The notes beneath the pieces were generated by a model that ran no database searches, was not told the DNA's origin, and saw only the letters and a program-made list of their open reading frames with translations. Below are positions 34,236-47,642 of a DNA stretch of 64,000 nt, piece after piece. A program made the translations under genes and the position numbers. Origin of the DNA: Nemertoderma westbladi (lineage: Eukaryota; Animalia; Xenacoelomorpha); the NCBI GenBank assembly GCA_032718475.1, contig JAUCBJ010003082.1, positions 4,030 through 68,029 of the forward strand, given 5' to 3'. Positions within the stretch are counted from its first letter, which is position 1, and every line of letters begins with the position of its first letter.

Positions 34236-35897
34236 AGTGGCGTTTGGGTAAGGTAGAATGCCGTTTGAGTGGCGTTTGGGTATGTTAGCATGTGTGGTAG
34301 TGGAAAATATTGAAGTAATTAAATGACAGACTGAATTTAATTTGACTTAAATGCAATGGGCCATTATTTGTATTTTTAACCCTGTTGAAAATTATTAATT
34401 CAGACTATTTTAATTGCAAAATTATATTATATTAAGAAATTTACTGTTTAAATTTACTTGCACATGCCTTAAACCACCAAGCCACTGAACTTACCAATGG
34501 AGATATTTCCAGTGACCATACCATGGACCAATCGCAGGAGACATCTACCTTCTCACCTGTGACACCTTCACAAGTGCAATGTGGGCAGTGCTGAAAGGCT
34601 ATGCAACCAATACAGAACCAAACTACTATGTTTGTATGTTGGATGGGCTAAATTTCTAGCATCAATAAGCTAAACTTGGAACCACCATTATACTATCAGC
34701 TGGCTATGATGCCACTACTGCTCAAATTTTGGGGCCCCTTGGAAGGTGGAGCCAGGGGCCGTCCCCCCCCTCTGCACGCCACTGCACGTTTCGGAAACAA
34801 GCTACAGTTCGTCGCAGCCCCAAATGAAAAAAAATTAACAAAACGAAACATTAAAAAAAATTATTATACTTTGAAAAAAATTTCCCGATTTTTTCCCGAA
34901 TTCCCAAAGAATAGGATATCTCCGGGTAGTAACTAAAGAGAGAGGTGAGGTTTCCCAGAGAGGTCTATTTTCGAGCAAAAGTCGGTACCCACTGGTACGC
35001 CATCGCCATCCTGTCCCAACTTCGCAGCGGTTTTGTGTCGATGGTCCAAAAGTGGCCATGCAGTAGTGCTTTTTTTCTGACCTTCGTCCTGGAACCCCAC
35101 ACAGCCAGGTACTATACACCGGCTTTCATTGCAGTAAAGAAAAGTGTAGGCGCCGTATATCCGCGGTATAATCAGTTTTCATTTCAGATCTAGCTCCTCT
35201 ACTAATTTATTATGCCCTATATTAATTAAATAAAACACGGCAAAGATAGGTGGAATATTCTGATATTCAATTAAAGGGATATTGTGTTAGAGAAATTGTG
35301 ATAGGCAAAACAGAAGTAGGCCTAAGCAGCTAGGCTTGTACAGTCTGCAGTCTGACAGTTGTTGCTGAATTGCATCGGATCGGACCGCATCTGACATATA
35401 ATTCTACCTGAAAGGATATTAATTATTTTCTAGTATAAGATTTAAATAATTATACTTAAAAGTTATACAGCTGTAATCCCCATACACCATTCCATTATAG
35501 TTTTTAATTAGTTCAAGAGATTTGCTTTAAGAAATGTGTTTTTAATGGATCTAAACGTAATTAAGTTAAAATGCATTCCATCACTCTATACTTCCAGCCT
35601 CATCATTCCTTGGCATTCTTGATATTGCCTAGATGGGAAACATTACAATCATCCTCCCACTGCTGCACTGAGCTTGCTCTATCTTACACAATCTGACAAT
35701 GATTGGCTGAATTTAATCAGTTAATGGTGATTCTTATTTCGCTACTACAGTACTAGGCCTATCTATGTACGGATGTATTACTGTCTGACTTTATTACTGT
35801 ATTAAATGCCTGTATGCTGGTATGTGGGGCGAGCCACGAAGTTGGCGGAGCCTTAGCGAATTGACACTGTTAGGGGGTGGGTCAATTTATGCAAATA

Positions 35898-35966
35898 GTT
35901 GTCGTCGTCGTCGTCGTCGTCGTTGTCGTCGTCGTCGTTGTCGTCGTCGTCGTTGTCGTCGTCGTT
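35898..35966. repeat. (GTC)n microsatellite with GTT interruptions
   Basis: Direct reading. Confidence 0.95.
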
Positions 35967-36084
35967 ACGATTTTGACATGCTAATAACTTTGTCGGATTT
36001 AAAGCTGCCAAGTTGAAAATTTGTAGGTATCAATATGAGCAAAAGTTGAGATTTTTGAGAGACTTTCAGACACCATCAGTGCAA

Positions 36085-37290
36085 TGGTCTCCCGCTAGAG
36101 GGCCACATGTCTAAACATTAAATGGCCACCCATTTCTTTGCTTTTAATCCGTTTAAGCTGAAACTTGGGAAGTATGTACTAGACCATTAGCTGTAAATTT
36201 CAAAGGAGGCTAATCTGTCTGCAGTTCTCCAGTCTGCCGCTAGAGGGCGAAATGTCCCGAATGTGAAATTATTCTTCCATTTAGTTGTTTATGATCTGAT
36301 TACGCTGAAACTTGTCATATATGTACTAGATGACATCCTGAGTCTTTGTGTGGATTGTAATCGGTCCGAAGTTTTCCAGTCTCCCGCTAGAGGGCCACAT
36401 GTCTAAACATTAAATGGCCACCCATTTCTTTGCTTTTAATCCGTTTAAGCTGAAACTTGGGAAGTATGTACTAGACCATTAGCTGTAAATTTCAAAGGAG
36501 GCTAATCTGTCTGCAGTTCTCCAGTCTGCCGCTAGAGGGCGAAATGTCCCGAATGTGAAATTATTCTTCCATTTAGTTGTTTATGATCTGATTACGCTGA
36601 AACTTGTCATATATGTACTAGAAGACATCCTGAGTCTTTGTGTGGATTGTAATCGGTCCGAAGTTTTCCAGTCTCCCGCTAGAGGGCCACATGTCTAAAC
36701 ATTAAATGGCCACCCATTTCTTTGCTTTTAATCCGTTTAAGCTGAAACTTGGGAAGTATGTACTAGACCATTAGCTGTAAATTTCAAAGGAGGCTAATCT
36801 GTCTGCAGTTCTCCAGTCTGCCGCTAGAGGGCGAAATGTCCCGAATGTGAAATTATTCTTCCATTTAGTTGTTTATGATCTGATTACGCTGAAACTTGTC
36901 ATATATGTACTAGAAGACATCCTAAGTCTTTGTGTGGACAGTAATCGGTCCGGAGTTTTCGAGTCTGCCGCTAGAGGGCGAAATGTAGGAAAGTGATAAC
37001 CTTTGCGAATTCCTTGATCTTAATCTATTTAAGCTGAATTTTGGAATATACAGTACCGGTATGTACTAGACCACATGCCTCGTCTTTGTGAGGAAGGTGA
37101 TCGATCCGTAGTTCTTTAATATGCCGCTAGAGGGCTAAATGTATGAAAGTGAAAACCTTCCAACATTTCGTTATTTATGATCCGTCAATCGGAAACTTGG
37201 TAGATATGTAATAGACCATAGGATGTGGCTTTGTAGGGAAACTAATCCTTCCTTCTTCAGTTACCCAGTCTCCCGCTAGAGGGTTAACGT
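36085..37290 (+). promoter_or_regulatory. Tandem 292-bp (2x~146) repeats carrying nine co-oriented CTCF-like motifs
   Basis: CCGCTAGAGGG at 36092, 36237, 36384, 36529, 36676, 36821, 36968, 37124 and 37273. Three near-identical 292-bp units plus diverged tail units. The repeat is certain; CTCF binding is inferred. Confidence 0.6.
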
Positions 37291-37577
37291 TTTCCGGGAA
37301 AATCTTCTCCTATGTTTTTATAATCCTTTCGAGTTGATACTTAGCATTAACTCATTTCACGTGCTGCGCGAAGGCCCCACTTCGTGTACAGATGTATGGT
37401 GTTATGTTGAGAGAGTTCGGACACTAGGCGCTAGGCCTACTCAGAACAGAAGTAAACCAGAATGATATTTGGATACTCACACTCAGTGTGCTAGGTCTAC
37501 TGCATATTGTTTCTTTCTTAACCCCTTGCTGAAACTGTAACACTGACACTGACACAGGAATATCTGAATACTGGAAT

Positions 37578-38513
37578 ATGGGTGAAGATATTTCAACAGC
37601 TGAACGAGAAGTTATAGAAACCGATATATTATCGAACCACTACAGTATGAAGGATCTCGAAGCAGACACAAACGAGGCGATAAACATTGTTCGTGGCTCA
37701 ATCGAAAAGGCTGAGAACGCGGTTCGTATAGTCGAGTCGATTTCCCAATGCATCGACGATGCCCCAACAGGCGAAAGTATCGAGTTACTGGATCTAAAAA
37801 ACTACCTCCTGTTAGACTATTCGTATCAACTGACTTCCTTGATGCTGGAAAAACTTCGGGGAAACTCTATAGAAGGCCACGAATCCGTTGTAAACCTCGC
37901 TGAGAATCGCGTTGTTCTGGAGAAAATAAAACCGATGGAAAAGAAACTGAAATATCTCGTCGATAAATTAGTAAAGACGGCGGAGTTGGGAGTTTCTGAG
38001 GATAACGATCCGTTACAGTACAGAGCAAACCCAGAGGCGCTCAGACCCAAACTGGCCGGAGATCGACGGAGTGGGGTCTACGTTCCTCCCAAACTCGCGC
38101 CGATGCATTACGACGAGGAGGAACGAGTGGAGGACTCCCGTAGACGAACGGAGGAACGTAAACGTAAACGGGCGTTGTCTTCCAATCTGATCGCGGAGAT
38201 GCGCTCGCAGTTTAGCGAGGCCCCCGAGGAGGTGTACGATCGGATCGGGGGCGGTAGACGCGGCGAGTCGGAACGGCAGCGCTACGAGGAGGAGTTCCTC
38301 ACGCGGCTCCCTGAGACCAAACAGTCGCGACGATCGGATCGGCTGGTCGGGACGTCCGCGTGGGACGCTGTGACACGGTTCGACGATATCAGCGCGCTGA
38401 CGGGCGGCCCAGCACGGGAGCCAGATTCGGAGGAGCCACGGCGGAGGAGTCACGCAGTCGGGAGACTCAAACGGAAATACGGACTGAAGAGAAGCGGGAA
38501 GAAACGGAAGTGA
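37578..38513 (+). CDS. NGDN: Neuroguidin (Lcp5/Sas10-Utp3 family SSU processome component), intronless CDS
   Basis: 311 aa with LLDLKNYLLLDY, ENRVVLEKIKPMEKKLKYLVDKL, DPLQYRANP, GVYVPPKLAPMHY, RQRYEEEFLTRL and a basic C-terminal tail. Confidence 0.93.
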   Translation: MGEDISTAEREVIETDILSNHYSMKDLEADTNEAINIVRGSIEKAENAVRIVESISQCIDDAPTGESIELLDLKNYLLLDYSYQLTSLMLEKLRGNSIEGHESVVNLAENRVVLEKIKPMEKKLKYLVDKLVKTAELGVSEDNDPLQYRANPEALRPKLAGDRRSGVYVPPKLAPMHYDEEERVEDSRRRTEERKRKRALSSNLIAEMRSQFSEAPEEVYDRIGGGRRGESERQRYEEEFLTRLPETKQSRRSDRLVGTSAWDAVTRFDDISALTGGPAREPDSEEPRRRSHAVGRLKRKYGLKRSGKKRK

Positions 38514-39551
38514 CGTCATTTATAGCTACTATTCTCTCTAGTTAGTTTGGTAAACTTGTTTCTGTTAGTTTAATTTGATCTGCTTATAAATTTAACTCAT
38601 TTATAATCTTACAGATTCGCAGACCGAAAGTTTATAAATATAAATTCATGCAATTTATATCATTTATATTTCAGTTTTTATGTAGGCCTAATCGCTACTG
38701 GCCTAGTTCTTTTATTTCGAGAAGGTTTACTGTACCGGTTACTACAGTGCTGTTGTTGGACGTACCAGGTCGACAGACACTCATGTGTGTAAACTTCAAC
38801 AGACAGCAGACAATCACATCCGACAACTACAACTGCAGGCTGTGACCTTGGCTCTCGTTTATTGTTTTGGTTAGAATAGCTTGCCAATGTAACCTGCTCT
38901 TCTCTCTTAGCGTTTATAACTTTGTTGGATGTTGGCGTAGCGGTTACACCCGTCGACGACTTTGGGGTAATTATACATATTACTACACATTATTTAATTC
39001 TAAACGACACGTATGCGGAGTGGATTTCCTCTCAGTAAAACTAGGGCAATGAAGATACAAATCTGGTAATATAAAATTAATTGGAGATTAGGAATGATTT
39101 TAAGACATAAAGGAAAGGATTACACGACTGACTCAATGTAAGTAAATATTAGTGAATAGATATCAGTTACTACATTCCTGCATTAGTTCTACTCTAATAG
39201 CGGGCCGCCGGTGGTGTGAGAGAGGATGTATTTATTGTGTATTATTTGTAATATGTATGAGGCAAAATTACAATTTACATTCCGGTATGTTTTATTGATC
39301 CCCCCCCCCCCCCCCGCCCCACTCCCTCATACAACCTTGTGGGAAATACATTTGTGTCGGAATATTGCTAATATATTTAACTTAATGACAACCTAGAAAT
39401 AAAATCCTAACAAATATTTTTGTCATATGTATTTCCACACCGATCAGCTATTGCAAGCAGGTCTGTGAACCATTAATACACATAATAGTAAATAAAATAT
39501 AATGAAAACAGTATTACATTACATACTTAAACACAGTATTACATTACATAC

Positions 39552-40739
39552 TAGGGATGCGACAGAGCTCCGGCTCCGGAAATCCGGAGCTCCGGGCCAA
39601 TTTTCTAGTTTCGGCTCTGGTTCCGGCTCCGGGCAAATTAACCCGGAGCCATTCCGGAGCTTATGTTGGTGAAATTTGAATTAAAATAATAAGTTTTTCT
39701 GATGTATGAATAATGTAAATATCATAGTAATTAACATAATAACTCATTAAGAAATTTACAGCTTGTTTTTTTAAGTTTCCTAATAAACCCCCACCCCCCT
39801 TGTGAAATTATTTAAATGTTTAAACAAAAACATTGGAATGATTGAGTTAATTCAATTAATTAATATTCTTCCCTAATTAAAAATATTAAATACTGTACAT
39901 GTACTCTCGTTTCGTTCGTCAGTCTATAGAACCCCAATTCCACTGACCCCCACCCACAACAGGTTGGTACTGTTCATGTCGTTTTTTTTTCAGTCGAGAA
40001 GGGTGCAGGATATATAGTGACGGACCGGTATTATTCTAACCAAAACAATAAACGAGACTCGATAGCACATGTTACAGATTAATTGTATACTAGTAATCAT
40101 AGCTGTTGTAACTAAGGATCTATTGTCGCAGGACATTATGTCACGGGACCTAACGATTATAGGACCTATGACGTATTACCTGACATAAATTATAGACATA
40201 ATTAGCGATGGTCATAATAATGTCCTGCGTTGTTTTGATGTCGGTAGAGTATCCCCCCCCCCCCCCCCCCCCCCAATATAGTTTTTTGGCTTCGTCACGA
40301 TACCCATTGGTTGATGTACCATTTTACAGCAGGGAGTCTTTGGACGCAATAGAAATTCATCCCTTCCCTCTCCGGGGGAAAATCGACGCATATAACTGCT
40401 GATTACTACAAGAAAAACTGTAACCTGTTATATTGAATATAGTTAGTTTATTGTTTTGATTATAATAGTATGCGACTGTAAATTGCTCATTTCCCTTAAT
40501 TGATATAATTTAACATTGAGGCGAGATATTAATTCGCCGCGTAAGAAATTGCATCAAATCCCCCCCCCCCCCATGTCTCATGGACACATATCTGTTTATG
40601 TCTACTATAATAATACACTGGAATTATCAATCACCAAACCTCCGGCTCCGGCTCCGTCTCCGGCCGGAGCTCATATTGTAATCCGGAGGAACCTCCGGGC
40701 TCCGGCTCCGGATGAAATTTTAGCTCTGTCGCATCCCTA
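39552..40739. mobile_element. Non-autonomous hAT-type DNA transposon inserted in the 19-bp satellite
   Basis: Perfect 18-bp TIR TAGGGATGCGACAGAGCT / AGCTCTGTCGCATCCCTA, 8-bp TSD TTACATAC, subterminal CCGGCT/CCGGAG repeats. Confidence 0.93.
40032..40467. mobile_element. Nested MITE with ~22-bp TIRs and 4-bp TSD
   Basis: TATTCTAACCAAAACAATAAAC / GTTTATTGTTTTGATTATAATA (2 mismatches), GTAT on both flanks. The same terminal motif occurs solo at 38853-38878 (minus) and ~10814. Confidence 0.65.
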
Positions 40740-41195
40740 TTACATACACAGTATTACATTACATACTTACACACAGTATTACATTACATACACAGTATTA
40801 CATTACATACACAGTATTACATTACATACACAGTATTACATTACATACTTACACACAGTATTACATTACATACACAGTATTACATTACATACTTACACAC
40901 AGTATTACATTACATACACAGTATTACATTACATACACAGTATTACATTACATACACAGTATTACATTACATACACAGTATTACATTACATACTTACACA
41001 CAGTATTACATTACATACACAGTATTACATTACATACTTACACACAGTATTACATTACATACACAGTATTACATTACATACACAGTATTACATTACATAC
41101 ACAGTATTACATTACATACACAGTATTACATTACATACACAGTATTACATTACATACACAGTATTACATTACATACACAGTATTACATTACATAC

Positions 41196-41559
41196 CCGGA
41201 GTGCATCTCGTGGGTGCGGCGACGAATTAGCTTCGCTCTCCTCAGGTCATCCCTAATGTGTCTGCGGGGGTTCCGGTCTGCCGCCAAGAGACCGGTACGA
41301 GCAGCAAATGTCGCTGACACCTCCATCGTGTTAGCGAACGCCGACTCAGAGCCAGGCGCAGGCATGTTTATATAGGTTACAGGCTGTTTGGTGGTGGTGC
41401 AGTTTACCTGTTTGTTGTTGTTTAAGTTTTTAAATTTCCCGCGTTTCTGTAATTACTGTTTTTAATTGTTTGTTATAGTGCCTATAATTGTGTTTGTATT
41501 TCTGAAGGTTTTTATTATTTTGTGAATAAATGAGGCTTGTAAAGTAAAAAAAAAAAAAA
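41196..41559 (+). mobile_element. 5'-truncated CRE-clade (restriction-like endonuclease) non-LTR retrotransposon
   Basis: Frame 41196-41375 gives PECISWVRRRISFALLRSSLMCLRGFRS...*, matching the W-x-R-x-R-(I/L)SF-x-LLRS-x-x-x-C-(L/I)-RG C-terminus of animal CRE-like ORFs. T-rich 3' UTR, AATAAA at 41525, poly(A) 41546-41559, flanked by TTACATTACATAC on both sides. Confidence 0.85.
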
Positions 41560-44500
41560 TTACATTACATACACACACAGTATTACATTACATACACACA
41601 CAGTATTACATTACATACACACACAGTATTACATTACATACACACAGTATTACATTACATACACAGTATTACATTACATACACAGTATTACATTACATAC
41701 ACAGTATTACATTACATACACAGTATTACATTACATACACAGTATTACATTACATACACACACAGTATTACATTACATATACACACAGTATTACATTACA
41801 TACACACAGTATTACATTACATACACAGTATTACATTACATACACAGTATTACATTACATACACAGTATTACATTACATACACAGTATTACATTACATAC
41901 ACATTATTACATTACATACTCAGTATTACATTACATACACACACAGTATTACATTACATACACACACAGTATTACATTACATACACAGTATTCCATTACA
42001 TACACATTATTACATTACATACTCAGTATTACATTACATACACACACAGTATTACATTACATACACACACAGTATTACATTACATACACAGTATTACATT
42101 ACATACACACACAGTATTACATTACATACACAGTATTACATTACATACACAGTATTACATTACATACACAGTATTACATTACATACACAGTATTACATTA
42201 CATACACAGTATTACATTACATACACAGTATTACATTACATACACAGTATTACATTACATACACAGTATTACATTACATACACAGTATTACATTACATAC
42301 ACACACAGTATTACATTACATACACATACACATTATTACATTACATACACACAGTATTACATTACATACACAGTATTACATTACATACACAGTATTACAT
42401 TACATACACATTATTACATTACATACTCAGTATTACATTACATACTCAGTATTACATTACATACACACACAGTATTACATTACATACACACACAGTATTA
42501 CATTACATACACACACAGTATTACATTACATACACACAGTATTACATTACATACACAGTATTACATTACATACACAGTATTACATTACATACACAGTATT
42601 ACATTACATACACAGTATTACATTACATACACATTATTACATTACATACACAGTATTACATTACATACACATTATTACATTACATACTCAGTATTACATT
42701 ACATACACACACAGTATTACATTACATACACACAGTATTACATTACATACACAGTATTACATTACATACACAGTATTACATTACATACACACACAGTATT
42801 ACATTACATACACAGTATTACATTACATACACATTATTACATTACATACACAGTATTACATTACATACACATTATTACATTACATACTCAGTATTACATT
42901 ACATACACACACAGTATTACATTACATACACACACAGTATTACATTACATACACAGTATTCCATTACATACACATTATTACATTACATACTCAGTATTAC
43001 ATTACATACACACACAGTATTACATTACATACACACACAGTATTACATTACATACACAGTATTACATTACATACACACACAGTATTACATTACATACACA
43101 GTATTACATTACATACACAGTATTACATTACATACACAGTATTACATTACATACACATTATTACATTACATACTCAGTATTACATTACATACACACACAA
43201 TATTACATTACATACACACACAGTATTACATTACATACACACACAGTATTACATTACATACACACAGTATTACATTACATACACAGTATTACATTACATA
43301 CACAGTATTACATTACATACACAGTATTACATTACATACACAGTATTACATTACATACACAGTATTACATTACATACACAGTATTACATTACATACACAG
43401 TATTACATTACATACACAGTATTACATTACATACACACACAGTATTACATTACATACACACACAGTATTACATTACATACACAGTATTACATTACATACA
43501 CACACAGTATTACATTACATACACAGTATTACATTACATACACAGTATTACATTACATACACAGTATTACATTACATACACAGTATTACATTACATACAC
43601 ACACAGTATTACATTACATACACAGTATTACATTACATACACAGTATTACATTACATACACAGTATTACATTACATACACAGTATTACATTACATACACA
43701 GTATTACATTACATACACAGTATTACATTACATACACACACAGTATTACATTACATACACATACACATTATTACATTACATACACACAGTATTACATTAC
43801 ATACACAGTATTACATTACATACACAGTATTACATTACATACACAGTATTACATTACATACACAGTATTACATTACATACACAGTATTACATTACATACA
43901 CAGTATTACATTACATACACACACAGTATTACATTACATACACATACACATTATTACATTACATACACACAGTATTACATTACATACACAGTATTACATT
44001 ACATACACAGTATTACATTACATACACAGTATTACATTACATACACAGTATTACATTACATACACATTATTACATTACATACTCAGTATTACATTACATA
44101 CTCAGTATTACATTACATACACACACAGTATTACATTACATACACACACAGTATTACATTACATACACACACAGTATTACATTACATACACACAGTATTA
44201 CATTACATACACAGTATTACATTACATACACAGTATTACATTACATACACAGTATTACATTACATACACAGTATTACATTACATACACATTATTACATTA
44301 CATACACAGTATTACATTACATACACATTATTACATTACATACTCAGTATTACATTACATACACACACAGTATTACATTACATACACACACAGTATTACA
44401 TTACATACACAGTATTCCATTACATACACATTATTACATTACATACTCAGTATTACATTACATACACACACAGTATTACATTACATACACACACAGTATT

Positions 44501-47500
44501 ACATTACATACACAGTATTACATTACATACACACACAGTATTACATTACATACACAGTATTACATTACATACACACACAGTATTACATTACATACACAGT
44601 ATTACATTACATACACAGTATTACATTACATACACAGTATTACATTACATACACAATATTACATTACATACACAGTATTACATTACATACACACACAGTA
44701 TTACATTACATACACATTATTACATTACATACACAGTATTACATTACATACACAGTATTACATTACATACACAGTATTACATTACATACTCAGTATTACA
44801 TTACATACTTACACACAGTATTACATTACATGCACAGTATTACATTACATACACAGTATTACATTACATACACAGTATTACATTACATACACAGTATTAC
44901 ATTACATACACAGTATTACATTACATACACACACAGTATTACATTACATACACATACACATTATTACATTACATACACACAGTATTACATTACATACACA
45001 GTATTACATTACATACACAGTATTACATTACATACACAGTATTACATTACATACACAGTATTACATTACATACACATTATTACATTACATACTCAGTATT
45101 ACATTACATACTCAGTATTACATTACATACACACACAGTATTACATTACATACACACACAGTATTACATTACATACACACACAGTATTACATTACATACA
45201 CACACAGTATTACATTACATACACACACAGTATTACATTACATACACACAGTATTACATTACATACACAGTATTACATTACATACACAGTATTACATTAC
45301 ATACACAGTATTACATTATATACACAGTATTACATTACATACACATTATTACATTACATACACAGTATTACATTACATACACATTATTACATTACATACT
45401 CAGTATTACATTACATACACACACAGTATTACATTACATACACACACAGTATTACATTACATACACAGTATTCCATTACATACACATTATTACATTACAT
45501 ACTCAGTATTACATTACATACACACACAGTATTACATTACATACACACACAGTATTACATTACATACACAGTATTACATTACATACACACACAGTATTAC
45601 ATTACATACACAGTATTACATTACATACACAGTATTCCATTACATACACATTATTACATTACATACTCAGTATTACATTACATACACACACAGTATTACA
45701 TTACATACACACACAGTATTACATTACATACACAGTATTACATTACATACACACACAGTATTACATTACATACACAGTATTACATTACATACACAGTATT
45801 ACATTACATACACAGTATTACATTACATACACACACAGTATTACATTACATACACAGTATTACATTACATACACACACAGTATTACATTACATACACACA
45901 CAGTATTACATTACATACACACAGTATTACATTACATACACAGTATTACATTACATACACAGTATTACATTACATACACAGTATTACATTACATACACAG
46001 TATTACATTACATACACATTATTACATTACATACACAGTATTACATTACATACACATTATTACATTACATACTCAGTATTACATTACATACACACACAGT
46101 ATTACATTACATACACACACAGTATTACATTACATACACAGTATTCCATTACATACACATTATTACATTACATACTCAGTATTACATTACATACACACAC
46201 AGTATTACATTACATACACACACAGTATTACATTACATACACAGTATTACATTACATACACACACAGTATTACATTACATACACAGTATTACATTACATA
46301 CACACACAGTATTACATTACATACACAGTATTACATTACATACACAGTATTACATTACATACACAGTATTACATTACATACACAATATTACATTACATAC
46401 ACAGTATTACATTACATACACACACAGTATTACATTACATACACATTATTACATTACATACACAGTATTACATTACATACACAGTATTACATTACATACA
46501 CAGTATTACATTACATACTCAGTATTACATTACATACTTACACACAGTATTACATTACATGCACAGTATTACATTACATACACAGTATTACATTACATAC
46601 ACAGTATTACATTACATACACAGTATTACATTACATACACAGTATTACATTACATACACACACAGTATTACATTACATACACATACACATTATTACATTA
46701 CATACACACAGTATTACATTACATACACAGTATTACATTACATACACAGTATTACATTACATACACAGTATTACATTACATACACAGTATTACATTACAT
46801 ACACATTATTACATTACATACTCAGTATTACATTACATACTCAGTATTACATTACATTACATACACAGTATTACATTACATACACATTATTACATTACAT
46901 ACTCAGTATTACATTACATACTCAGTATTACATTACATACACACACAGTATTACATTACATACACACACAGTATTACATTACATACACACACAGTATTAC
47001 ATTACATACACACAGTATTACATTACATACACAGTATTACATTACATACACAGTATTACATTACATACACAGTATTACATTATATACACAGTATTACATT
47101 ACATACACATTATTACATTACATACACAGTATTACATTACATACACATTATTACATTACATACTCAGTATTACATTACATACACACACAGTATTACATTA
47201 CATACACACACAGTATTACATTACATACACAGTATTCCATTACATACACATTATTACATTACATACTCAGTATTACATTACATACACACACAGTATTACA
47301 TTACATACACACACAGTATTACATTACATACACAGTATTACATTACATACACACACAGTATTACATTACATACACAGTATTACATTACATACACAGTATT
47401 CCATTACATACACATTATTACATTACATACTCAGTATTACATTACATACACACACAGTATTACATTACATACACACACAGTATTACATTACATACACAGT

Positions 47501-47642
47501 ATTACATTACATACACACACAGTATTACATTACATACACAGTATTACATTACATACACAGTATTACATTACATACACAGTATTACATTACATACACAGTA
47601 TTATTTACGAGCACAAATTCTTACATAATAGTCCTATCAACA

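Larger units (their letters stand above)
35824..37386. mobile_element. Non-autonomous element with short inverted termini, microsatellite and tandem core repeats (Helentron/DINE-1/CvA-like or Crypton-like)
   Basis: 5' GTGGGGC plus hairpin GCCACGAAGTTGGC, then (GTC)n, 146/292-bp core repeats and 3' GCGAAGGCCCCACTTCGTG. Related termini recur at 61383-61750. Confidence 0.7.
39507..47604. repeat. 19-bp satellite ACACAGTATTACATTACAT with (AC)n-length variants, interrupted by two insertions
   Basis: Segments 39507-39551, 40740-41195 and 41560-47604. Confidence 0.97.

Noticed and set aside
34720-34784. hAT-like terminal fragment (...GCACGCCACTG)
   Set aside because: Only one end is visible; no partner TIR or TSD.
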